Source: Styela clava (taxonomy: Eukaryota). From it: a DNA stretch of 64,000 nt. The DNA lies in the NCBI RefSeq assembly GCF_964204865.1, contig NC_135250.1, forward strand, positions 14,322,001 through 14,386,000, read 5' to 3'. This document shows positions 43,855 through 55,745 of the stretch, piece after piece. The notes below the pieces were generated by a model. The model saw only the letters and a program-made list of their open reading frames with translations, made no database searches and was not told where the DNA came from. The translations under genes were made by a program, and so were the position numbers. How positions within the stretch are numbered: position 1 is the stretch's first letter; each line of letters opens with the position of its first letter.

Positions 43855-45280
43855 TATGTGGGGATTAAGGAAACTGTTGCTCCGGTATCCACCAGAAATT
43901 TTCGACCGCTTCATTAAATATGTAGAGGAGATTTGTGATTGAAAAATTGGAATTGGATCTATGAAATGAATTTATATGGCGCTGTGAATATCTTTTACAG
44001 CGCCCTACGCGAAAAAAGGACCCCGATTGGAAAAGGTACAGGGCTGGACGCAGTGCTACGTTTCCAAAACGTTGATGATACCAGCAAGCCGTTGGAGCAT
44101 TGGGTCGGTGATTCCTGTAATTGACGATGTAACCTCCAATACTATACTATATGGTGATTGGTGATTTTGCATATGGGCTGTCATGGATTCATAAAAATTG
44201 TGCGCTCTCTGTTTTTGGCAGGCACAGGATGTTTAGTTCACGCATTAGAGCGACTAGGAGTAGGGGGTGCAGCTCCCGAAGACCAATGTATAGGGTTATG
44301 CTTTATATCGTCAATTTCCTTTCGAAGATTATCAAGTTCGTTATAGCTAACTTCGACATCATTGAGATAACTTCGACAATGAAAGAGTTTCTACTGTTGT
44401 CAACACCATAGCCAGGGTTTGATGCATGATTTTTATAAGCAATGTGTTTAGCAGATTGTAAAAATCGTTTGGCAAATATACTATCAGCTCGATAAGCTAA
44501 TTTACCGATAGTATCATCCGGGCAGCAAGAGTTGAAACAATATCAGGTGGTAATCGCTGGAAGAATATCTCTTTCAATAATTTCTGGTTGGTGTTTGGGG
44601 CGTCATTTAGGCACAAACGGAACTGTGCAGTTTCCTTAAAAGTTCGGACAGTTTGTGATTAGAGCATCCGCCATTGTAGATATCTCGTATGCGATCTCTA
44701 AGCGGGACGGAGTAAGCCTTCATCAGAAGTTCCCGCAAAAGTCGATAACATCTAGGATGGTGCTCGTCTGGTAGGCGGGAGCGTACAGTCTCTAATTAGC
44801 GGTTGTTCGGGCACCTGACCACATAACAATATTTATCAACATCATCGTTGATCCCTCCCATGCGGAATCCTGACATTCGGTAGGTGTGAACCACGAGTCA
44901 GGGGAATTGGACCAGAACTCATTAATTTAGTGAGTGATGGACGCGGTCGATAAACAAACTGTGATTGTGGACGGACCAGGCCAACTTAAAAGAGCCGGCA
45001 ATTGGTGTGCTATTTAGGTCTATTTGTGGCTCAGGCGGATTCATTGTACGTGTTAAGTCTGGTGATTCGTCGCTATTATTATTAATTAAAACCAAGTCAG
45101 TCTCCGTGCTTTCAAAGGAAAATTACGAGGGACATTACGTTGCATCTAATAATAAACAACGTAAATAAAAACAATGGGCTAAAATGCACGCGATAAACTG
45201 GCCTTCAAAAATCTAATATGAATAAGTCTCGCTCTTGCGTTGAGTTGGGTAGCCTTTCCATCGTCTCTTTTTAGTTATTA

Positions 45281-45393
45281 TTGGACACGAAGTGGACATA
45301 ACGATCGTTTCAATATTATGTTGTTCTTGTTGTTGGACACGAAGTGGACATAACGATCGTTTCAATATTATGTTGTTCTTGTTGTTTGACACG
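45281..45393. repeat. 52-bp tandem repeat (2 perfect copies plus a partial)
   Basis: TTGGACACGAAGTGGACATAACGATCGTTTCAATATTATGTTGTTCTTGTTG at 45281 and 45333. Confidence 0.9.
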
Positions 45394-45676
45394 TTTTGAG
45401 AAAATCGCTTTTCTCTTCGAATACTGGACAAATTGCTTTGAAATTTTCAGTGGTTGAAGATAAAATTTTTCTTCAGAAGGCTATTACTTTTATTTATTTT
45501 AAACTCTTCTGTGGACTTCAAGAGATTCGTTTTTTGTGTTCGAAGAAGTGATCGGAATAAAAATTAGCGACACTTTGTGGCGATTGCGGCGAATCAGCTG
45601 AGAAGCGAACGTAAATCTTGCTCCGCTACAGCGCTAAGAGTTGTTTATGGGGAATGGAGATGTTTTGGGTTTCCAG

Positions 45677-46550
45677 CAGGGTTGCCATATTGGCTTTTTA
45701 ACGCCAAATTTGCCATTTTTGGCTTTTTCCAAACGCGTTTGGCGTCAGAATTTCCATTTGGCTTTTTGGCGTTTTTTTGGCTTTTTTCAAGTCTATTCTA
45801 GTGTCTATTATTAAAATCATATGAAATACAATATTTAGTGTGTAACAACGTACTTAGCTACTTAACATTAGGATTTCCTGGAGCATCGATTTCCTTGTTT
45901 GTTACATTAACTCTTAACCATACCCAATAAGAAATAATTGCAGTTTCTGCAGCTGCTCAGACAGATGTTTAAGCAGGGTTGCAAACATTGCCTCGTTTTT
46001 ATAGTTTTGCCTATTTGTCAGTTTTACATTCTGTTTCCAAAAAATAGTTGTATAACTTAATTTCATTATGCCTGATATGGTTTATGTGGGCTTCAGTTTA
46101 ATTCTGCAATTGCAGTAACGATGTGATTAACTACGCTAAAATTACTGAATTAAATATCAGTGGTCCACCTGTGAGCGGCAGGGGGTTAGATAATTTTTTT
46201 TTTAAATTGATGGTTTATAAATTTGAAAAGTGAAAAAATTTTCAATAGTAAAGCACGATGTACTGATATAGGGAGAATTTTTTAAGGTATATCACAAGTT
46301 TAAGTAGAAGCATGTAGGTATATTACATACTGACATTGAAGGTAAAATGATGATGTCCGCTTGATATTTATTTTACTTTCTACAGTTCTATAGGAACTTT
46401 ACATTCTATTTGTGTGCCTCACTGAATAAACTGATGGCTCTACATCATCAGTACGTTGCTAAGCGCTTAAAATCTGACAAATCATGAGGCTTTTGTACTT
46501 AGTAAAATTGTTGGCTTTTTCTGGCTTTTTTATGTCTTGATTCGGTTTCC
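45677..46550. mobile_element. Truncated MITE with CAGGGTTGCCA terminus and TTTGGC(T/G)TTTT subrepeats
   Basis: CAGGGTTGCCATATTGGC start followed by multiple TTGGCTTTTT units, which recur at ~46511-46530. No right TIR was found. Confidence 0.45.
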
Positions 46551-46602
46551 AGCTTATTGAAAAATGGTGTTACCGTAGGCTGTTACCCGGTACCGGTAAG
46601 TG

Positions 46603-47003
46603 CCGAACACTGGAATATATCAAATGTCAGAATGCCTGGTACCGGTAGTGAAATGAATTTCCTTTACCAGGTTTGGCTACTTCGCACAAAAACCAAAATT
46701 TGTACCGGTATCCGAACACTGGAATATACGAAATGTCGGAATGCCTGGTAGCGGTAGTGTAATTAATTTCATTCACCACATTTGCCTACCTCGGACAAAA
46801 ACTAAAATTGGCATACCGGTATCCTTGCCTGACAAAATTTTGAACTGGATAAATATTTAAATCATACAGTTATAACTTTGCAAATGCTGATACTGTGTTA
46901 TGTCAGTATGTGCAAATCAATCAAATGTCAGAATGCCTGGTACCGGTAGTCTGGTAATGAAATGAATTTCATTTACGAGATTTGCCTACTTCTGACAAAA
47001 ACT
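46603..47003. repeat. ~109-bp imperfect tandem repeat (2 copies plus a displaced partial)
   Basis: CCGAACACTGGAATAT..AAATGTC.GAATGCCTGGTA.CGGTAGT at 46603 and 46712, partial at ~46921. Confidence 0.8.
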
Positions 47004-48379
47004 AGGGTGGTGTAGCCAGTCTGCGGACAATTTCATTCAAACCTCTATAAAACAAAAACCAATATTTTTTCTAACCCGTTAATTTTTTCACCGTAGGTGC
47101 ATTGGCATTTATTCTACACGCTAAACCTCGAATTACCTTTCTACGGCCAGGGGTTAAAGCTATACAAACCACCAAAGTACGACACGCAGAAGACGTATTT
47201 GCGACCACGGATTTCAAGCCTTGAACATCGTTTCTGCTGCGTCGAGAATTGCATTTTTGACCGTCATACATTTTAAGAACACGGTTATTTCTGTATTTTG
47301 TCGCAAATTGGTCGACAAAGATAATATCGACGTATTGAAAATGCGCACCCCCCTATTCCCCCTCCTAACTAATTGCTTTGAAATTTTCAGTGGTTAAAGA
47401 TGGATTTTTCGTGTCCATATATTTGAACATAGCTCTCTTGTTTGTTAAATTATGCTAAGACGGTGTTAAAAAGTATAAGTAAGTTATTAAACACATGTAG
47501 ATCCTTACTATGAATAGCAATTTTAGTTGAGCACTAGCTCGTGCCTATTTAAAACATCAGCAGGGTTCTTGAATTGCATAGTTCTTATGCTGTGTTGTTG
47601 TAAACCTATATTTGCATCTGGATTTTAACCGATTTACTTGTGTTTTTTGTGCTCACGGTGTTAATTTGTGTCTTCATTGCATAAAATTGATGCTTTTAAT
47701 TACTTCTATAAAATGAAAGCCACCTGAAGTGTCGTTGTAAACCTATGATTATTGATTTTCGGGGAATCCCCTAATATTCAAGTTTTGCACCAGGATTTTT
47801 GAAGCATGTTTTACAGAAATGTACAGTTTTCGTTAGTGGGAACAAGCTGTAATGCGTTCAGTATATGTATATTTTTATACAAAACTAAAGAATTTATATA
47901 GTCCCCAGATGTACGCTACGAAACTCACGTTCTAGGTGTTTTTCAGGGTTTCGTCTCACGGCCTAATGACGGGGTATTTTAGGAAGGAAATTACAAAATA
48001 CAAATTAATCTAAATCGGTTTACGTTGGCATATTTATCTGTATCAAACTTTCCGCTCCCGGGCCATGTTAGGAATTGTACCGAGGGCAATTTGGCCAATG
48101 CAATTTTCGATCAATCGGAAATTTTTGCAAAATCTGTCGTGTTTCCGAAAGTTATAGATGAATCAATAACTCGGTGGTAATTTTGTTTTTCTAATATTTA
48201 TATTATGGTTGCATCAATTGATTATTAAATAAATAAATAATACCTCTTTGGGTATCACACCTAGTACAAGAGGTACAGATGTGGAGAGGTTATAAACAAT
48301 GCCGGTGATTCCACAAAAGACTGGGTAACCAAGAATGTTTCCCCCCATCCCCCAATACTGACACTGTCTTCAACCATAG

Positions 48380-48692
48380 ATTTTACATAACCTCGGCTGT
48401 ATTATTCTAAATCGTCCTGTTGCTTTTCATACGTTTCCAGCCTGCTAATAATCTCCTGGATCTTGGAGGAGATTTGAGCCACGTCATTCTGGAACTTGAT
48501 GATGTCCTGGGACTGGTTGTCACGGTCTTTAGAGGCAGACAGTTGAGTTGCATGTGACATTAGCTCTTCTTGCTTGGCCTGGAGAGATGAGATAGCTGCC
48601 AGAATCTGGGTTTGGACTTCTTTGTTCAGTAAAGTTAGGTAAATTGATTGCAGGGTGTATGCAGGTACGGTAGTATATCCAGCAAGATCCAC
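48380..48692 (-). mobile_element. Non-LTR retrotransposon ORF1 fragment (coiled coil)
   Basis: Heptad-rich ORF ending ...RLETYEKQQDDLE*YSR. This matches the (D/E)LEQYSR(R) motif that follows the coiled coil in LINE ORF1 proteins, here with a premature stop in place of Q. Confidence 0.6.
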
Positions 48693-48913
48693 TTCAAAAG
48701 TGTAACGTAGTTACACAATTATGCGTACAATAATAGTATACAGTAGTGGTACAGAAGGTAGAAGGCTATCGTACTTTCGGTCTAACCAAAGATTACAATA
48801 ACATCTGCAAACTTAAATAGCGCATTCCAAAGATTTCGGTGGGGTGACATAATATTGTTTCTAACGGTTTTAATCAAATGTGGAGGATCATTTATGAAAT
48901 AGATGTACCTTAA

Positions 48914-50110
48914 CTCTTTGAACTCTGACGGCTCTGAGCGAAGTTACTCGCTCACCCTGACGGTTCGCGGCGCGTATTGGTAGAACAATAAAATAAGTCT
49001 AAATACTGGCTATTTGGCACGTTTATAACTTTTCACCAATTATAGGTAGCACGTTGTGTGACATTTCAATCGAACGGAAATTTTATCGTGCATTCAGAAT
49101 GTATTTTCCATTTCGAAATACATTTTGTCAATATTAATAAAATTGACCCTAATCTAACAGTGATTTTTCTGCATGTACGTGAGTTTTGGCTTGAAATTTT
49201 GTTATTTTGGTACAAAATATACTGCCAATACTTGATGTTCATAAAGAGTTTTTTATAAGCTTTTTGTTGATATTCGAATTACTATTGTGGCTGCCATATA
49301 ACCAATCTTATATTCCAATATTTAATTGTGTATTATTGTGTCGGGTGAACAACTTCGATAAGCGGCCATGACGCACTGATTACGCAGCTACGCAAAAGCC
49401 GATCACGTGATTAACGCCATGAAGATATTGATAAGTACGTTCGAAACGTATTGCGTGGCAAAATGCGCAAGATAATTTCACGACGACGTTCTCAGCGGGA
49501 CATCGGTCGCCGAGTTTCGATATGATATTAACCCTGTATGGATTGAAGTACCCACGTCGAGTAATGCGTGCAGTAATAGCGAAGTGAAGTTGTGTAGTAT
49601 GTGAAGTTGTGTATGTATGTATGTATGTACAATATCTGAGAGAACTAATAATGCAGAAAGAGCAACTCTTATTCCAACAAGATCATATGCGTCGCCAGAA
49701 TTAGATACCCCACCGCAAAACGCCAGTTCTAATAATAGATGCGTCGTATGCAGCAAAATTTACATTATTGCCAAAAAAACAATCCAGCTGCTAAAGACAA
49801 AGCGTTGCTGAAACGATGCGAGGCAGTATATAAGTGCAAATACTGTAAAGAGTACCTATGCATAGGTAACGAAACCAACAACCATTGGTATAACTGGCAC
49901 AACAAAGTGCAATATTGCATTTAGAATGTGTCTTTTATCTGCATAATATTTTCATGTTCTTCATTGTTCCGGGCAAAACAAAGTGCAATATTCAATTTAA
50001 AAATTTTAGCAGGCAGTCTTTTATGTACATACATTTTTCATGGTCTTTATTGTTCAGTTATTTGCTAATAAAATCACAATCTTGTTCATACTGCGTATAC
50101 GTAACCACAA
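48914..50110 (+). mobile_element. Internally deleted piggyBac-like remnant
   Basis: TTAA at 48910-48913 followed by a CTCTTTG terminus. Frameshifted C-terminal cysteine-rich domain RCVVC...YKCKYCKEYLCIG...WYNWH at ~49738-49915. No right TIR found. Confidence 0.65.
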
Positions 50111-50149
50111 CTTAATATATATATATAGGAATAAATTAACGTAAGTAGC

Positions 50150-52851
50150 GATATCGTATTGACCCAAAAACTAACTGCTACAATTGCAAAGAGTTACTTA
50201 TTCAAATTGCAGGGATTTTTCATTCTGTATTTCGGTATGTCGTCCTCAGCTTGGCATAAATTCATAAAACATTTTTTTGTTGGCCGGAAGACCGTCCCCT
50301 GTAAACCAAAAATCATTAAACAAAAATGTAACTTCACCATTCGATTCGTAATGCTTAGCACTAAAGTCGACATGCAACCATGTACCTATACCCATGGCTT
50401 TCGTTGACTTACCTACAACTCCAATTATTGTAATACCGGTTATTATTTGTAACTGCTGAAGAACTTTTAACAGGAGTACAAACAATCCATCTGAATTAAT
50501 TCCAATAGTTGGGTAATATGCGATTAGCATTAGACGGTCTAATAAATTGTTGGTCAAACCTATTGGAAAAAATCACTAATGTATTGTTATGAGCCTGAAC
50601 CAAGATTTATACGCTGATACCTCTGAGATAGAATGCTAGTACTTGACTTGCAACCGCGTTAGTATCTGAAACTGAGCTTGTTAGTTTTTCGTCACCGTAA
50701 TCCACAAATCTCCACTGTGCTTTCTGTATACATTTTTTTCTGAAAACCGATAGTTACGTTAAAATTGTTATTGACGATGGTCATTTTATAAACGAAATAC
50801 CCTTGATCATCATCTTATCAATTATTATCAGCGTCACTCACTATTCGCAAGGTGCTGTTATAACAATTTGTCGAATCTCTTTCATAATATTCGCGGTAAT
50901 TCCAACAGTAGGTTGGAAGGCATTTCTTTTCTTCAAAATTGTTTGCTTGGAAGGTAATACAAGGACTTTCTAAGATCTCAAACATTCATAAGCCGTGGGA
51001 CTCTTATTAAAACGTTTAAGGCAATACCTTGGAATGAAAAGTTATAAAATTATATGTCTCTGACACCCGGTACCGCAATAAAAAGACAGCGATATAAGTA
51101 ACATATGTTCATTTACCTCAATACAGACGGTGGATATCTTCTGCAACAATCGGAAACATTTTTTAGCCTTTTTTTTGCGCTTTCCACCATTCGCTAAGGA
51201 AAACATCATTCTTGTGGGAAACCATAATTCCTTCTATAATTTCGAGCGTTTTATCATCCACAAAAATTGATTCTCCATATTTACTTTCCAATTTCTGATG
51301 GCTATTTAATGGAATCTACTCTCTATTCTATGGTAATAATTAGATTAGACACTCGTTCGAGTTTTAAAATATTTCAAACCTAAACTTACATATTATCTTT
51401 TTGAATTATAGTTGCCACAAGACGTTCCTTCGCACAAAGCCTAAGATTTTTCAATCCGTCTTGGGCCGGATTTTTCATTACTTTTGCACGCTCTGCTGAT
51501 CTACTTTCGTTATAATTTTTATCATGTGACTTTGATATGCACGAAGTACAAGACGCACCTTCATGCTGTACGGCAACTTGACAGCTTTTGCTGAGATACC
51601 TGAATAAATCGATTTAAGTGCTGAACATGGAAGAATAAAATTAGTACTATCAGTACAGTACTAATAAAGATAACCAACTATATTTTGTTGAGGTATCGCT
51701 AAAGACTCACCTCGTGTGTGGGATGGATTTGTTTTAAATACATTGTGCACGGAATCCAATTGCATGGCTTATATACGTTTTCATATCCATTGCACAAATG
51801 AAGTTCAGATAAAATTTTTAGGCACTCGTCAATGGGCATAGTTTTTATACATATATTCTCCAATAACAGATTTTTCGGGACTTGAATGCCGTGTAAATAT
51901 AAAGATATGGTAAGATCTTCAACAACTTCTAGAATTGTGTCTGTTGTGTAATCCGAATTCTTCGGATAGACGGAGTTTGGGCAAATTAGAAAATTCTGCG
52001 GGTCTCCTAACTAAATTTCTTCTTGCCATTGGTTTTTGATACGAAAATTTTTTCTCGGGTAACTTCAGATTTGGAAGTGATCCAGGAAAAAGCCACGACT
52101 TTATTGACGCTACAAAAAACAAAACTTTATTAAATAACAAATATATAATGTATTTAACTAATATATATATATAGAGTGGCGTCAATTCGTGGTTACTGTT
52201 ATACCTAGGGAAGAAAACAATACAATAATTTGTACAAAATGAAACAAACGCAAGTATTTACATCTATGAATTTCTTTTGTATGAAAATGGTCTTCACAAA
52301 TAAATACATTACCATGATGGAGGCGTTTGCCAAAATTTAGGTTAGATGGATCGCGATATTTTATTAAAATGGATATCATGTCTTTACGCCAGTTTGCTGT
52401 GTCAACACCTGCGGTTATTTAATAAAAAAAACTTGAAAAATCTGAATTTTATAGCCCATATTTACATAACTTCACAATTGTTTAACTATACACAGAAACA
52501 GCAACAATACCCTTATCACAAAGACAACACAAAACATCAACATACTGACACGATACAGAGAAACGTATTCCATTTTGACAAATTGGGATCCATACATCGG
52601 CAGCAACTCCTGTGAACAACAGAAAACAAAAGCCAATTTCACAGATTTGCCCAGTTTTAAAATTTGTACCAACAATTTTTTTGGTAAAATATGCGGATTT
52701 TTTAAGACAATAAAGAGAATGATCCTAATAAGATGTTATGGACATAATACTAATATTATAACAGTATAAATTTACTTAACTGATTCGACTGCACATGAGA
52801 CAGACACACGTAGACACACAAACAACATTTATAATTTCACACAAGAGGCAT
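50150..52851 (-). pseudogene. Decayed intron-containing P-superfamily (THAP9-like) transposase
   Basis: Minus-strand segments in the expected order: THAP (NWRKDMI...FICEDHF, PGSLPNLKLP), SKSC...CTSC, WWKAQKK..RRYPPSVLR, KSPTAYECLRS*KVLVLPS (HTH), IDKMMIK (decayed DEM), IAYYP...GVV/GDGLPANKKMF. Several stops and frameshifts; 3' truncated. Confidence 0.8.
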
Positions 52852-53311
52852 AGGCTATACGGTTTCTTGAACTGAAAAAAAAAAAAAAAATTCAAAAAAT
52901 AGTCATGCAGACTCCGGGTATCACGTTGAATTATTACCTTTTTCTGATTTTAGCTGTACCTGAAAATTTTCACAATTTAAAAACAGTCATACTTTCACCT
53001 AATGCCATACCATTCGCGTAAAAGATCAAGAATGGTATTATAAGTTTATTCCATTCATAGTCTACCTAACTTACACAACATATATCAGTACATACTTTAT
53101 CAAAAATCTTTGAATCAAAATACTGAAATAAAATGAGGAAAAACGCATATGATTAAGTCACCAAGAGTCAAAACTTGATAGACAAAAAAAATGTAGACAA
53201 TAACAACCAACTGATTGAGTTTTTTAGGCGAGGCTAACTTGCCCAGTTCCTATAAAACGGCACCGTACCTCTTACAGTTTTTCTTGACGGTATTTTGAAT
53301 AAATGCTTCCT

Positions 53312-53653
53312 GGCGCGGCGGTGTGGCTCAACGGGCTAAGCGATAGGAATACGCTCGCCACCGCACCTCTAATTACTCTGCGTGGGTTCGCAGGTTCGAA
53401 TCCCATGCAGGGATGGTTATGTGCGAGAGGATTGCTGGACTCCTCGCCGTCGTTGGGTGGTTCACGTAACCGCTGGTCGGTTACGGCTTCCTCCACCACC
53501 AAGTCCATGCTTCCCAAAACAAACAATATAACTAATCTCATACCCGACTTGGAATGGTAACCGGACGAGAGGCCGTGGTTCGCCATATGGATAAGCCGTC
53601 TTATCGGCTTTCCTCTTCCCCGGGATAAATATGTAAATCCTATCATATCCTAT
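53312..53653 (+). mobile_element. tRNA-derived SINE
   Basis: A box TGGCTCAACGG (53324-53334), B box GGTTCGAATCC (53393-53403), GC-rich body, tail of ATCCT-like repeats. Confidence 0.8.
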
Positions 53654-54268
53654 TTGTTGAGCGTCCGTAACATCCGGGGATACAGCAGTACTTTCCTCCA
53701 ACACTCCCTGCTCACTTGTATTCCATAATTAAAGATAAAACGTCCAAGTTAATACCCTGCACCTAACTGAAAACACCAGTCTACTAGCATTACTCTGGCA
53801 CTACTCCAACTGCTAATCCCCTAGTGTTGGGTGCGATGGCATTGTCAAGTGCGTCCCGAACGCTTAGCTGCCCAGCGCCATTAGCTTTTCTATTGCAAAA
53901 TATACCAAGTGCAGTTTCAAGTATTTTATGGCGTCTGAAGCTGCCGCAAAACCATGGTGGAATTCCTAAATCGTGGCCGCTATTGCCAAACCCATGGCGA
54001 CTGACTTTTTAGCTGACACAAACCAATGGTGAAATTGAAAACTAAAGGCGAATGAAATTTTTCTGCCGTTACCACGGCATGCCGGCTGTAATGGCAGGGC
54101 TGTCCCTGATAGTAAAATCTGGTACATGACTTCGTGAATATACCGGTAATAGCGCCATGACGCATGACCACGGCAAAGGCTGCCAAACTGGTTTATTCCT
54201 TATCAAACCAACGACTAATCTACTAAGCAAACTATAGAGAATTATAACCCTCTGTTGACCCTCTATAA

Positions 54269-54561
54269 CAGGGGTGGGCAACATACGGCTCGCGGGCCGT
54301 ACCCGGGCAAGATTTGGACCGACCCGCTGACTGTACAGTATTACACATTTAGTACATTATGAAAATTCATTATGGGTTTTTTGGTCTCTATTTTTTGTAA
54401 AGTTTAAACTTTACTTTAAACGCGATTTATATTTTTCCTTCTTGCATTAGCGAATAAATATGTGATTAAGATATTCAATACTATTCATGTAATAATCCGG
54501 CCCACCGAGGACTTCATTTTCCCACATCTGGCCCGCCGACTAGAGAAGTTGCCCACCCCTG
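54269..54561. mobile_element. 293-bp hAT MITE
   Basis: Perfect TIR CAGGGGTGGGCAAC / GTTGCCCACCCCTG; perfect 8-bp TSD CTCTATAA (54261-54268, 54562-54569). Confidence 0.95.
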
Positions 54562-55745
54562 CTCTATAATCAAACTATGCACCAAGAAAAATTTGATTAA
54601 ACACAAAAATTAATGGCATATTACCTTACATGGGTACTGTATAGATAGGACCAATGACATTTAATGTCATTGATAGGACGTTCTCGGCTCAATGTCACCA
54701 ATGGACGCTTGCGTACTGCAGTTGATTTTTGCTGGAGCGGTTTTCAAAAATTCTACTGCGTAAAACTAGCCTTAGTTAGCTTTATGTAAAGAGTAAGCGT
54801 CAAATATCCTGAAAATATATTCAGAATCATATTCGTAATAAACTAAAATCTGGTAAATGACTTTGTGAATATACGATAATAGCGCCATGACCACAGCAAG
54901 AGCTGGCATTGGTTCGTTCAGAGCCATTATATCTAATGGCTCTGATTATATAATGGCTCTTGTTCGTTCGTGACGGGAGCTGCCATGAAGTGGTAAGAAC
55001 CGCGCCTCAAATATACCGTACCGGTATGATGTTTGAGTGTTTTGCAAGTTGGCAGTTGCAAACTGGTTTATTCCTTATCAAACCAACGACTAATCTAATT
55101 ATCAAACTATGGCCGACCGTGATCAAACTACGCAACAAGAAATTATAATTAAACAAAAAAATTAGTGGCATATTACTATAGAGGGTCAACATAGAGATAC
55201 CACCTCTGTGTGACGTCATAGTTCCGCATGAGTAAAGAGGTATGACCTTCTCAGCGCTTAACTTTGCCGCCAAATATTTTGACCGAAGGTTTTTTGTTGC
55301 CCCAAGCTGCGGGCATTTTTAAGTTATTTTGTAACGCTTCGTATATATATATATATATGAGTAGATTAGCTATAAAAATCACGCTAGCTTTCGTTTCGAT
55401 ATTTATGTCACAGACTGTGAACTTGACCTAATACGGTACGATAACCTGGCACCGGTACGGTAACTGCTGAACTGACAGCAGTAGCAATAATATTATTCAG
55501 ATATTGCTATTTCATTTTCGGTAATTTTGCTTTCAGGCCCGTACCACAGTATTGTAGACAACTTAGCTCTAATCTATCTACCGGTACATATAGTTCTAAT
55601 CGTAGGTGCCGTACTTGCACAGGAATCCTTTATTTCAACTTATGTGAAGAGGGAACACAGTTTGGAGAAGCAAACCAAGTATTTGTGGTATCGATACGTG
55701 AGTATTGTTATATATATATATTAAGTGATTTAAATATTTTTTACT

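Larger units (their letters stand above)
41800..45430 (-). mobile_element. Degenerate Ty3/Gypsy (Mag-like) LTR retrotransposon: probable 5' LTR, gag and protease
   Basis: Minus-strand motifs: EFWSNSPDSWF (~44885-44920, gag N-terminus), CWYHQRFG (~44060-44085, gag knuckle), SGRKFLVDTGATVSLIP (~43860-43910, aspartic protease), continuing as AANSILILWYGELVV at ~41840-41885 beyond the hAT insert. PBS-like TAGCGACGA at ~45067-45075; possible LTR start TGT at 45430. Confidence 0.8.

Noticed and set aside
45281-45393. CRISPR-like array
   Set aside because: Head-to-tail identical units without unique spacers, in eukaryotic DNA.
53312-53410. tRNA gene
   Set aside because: A and B boxes are ~60 nt apart with no clean cloverleaf, and they are followed by a body and simple-repeat tail, which fits a SINE. 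The overlapping ORFs 53272-53704 are GC-content artefacts.
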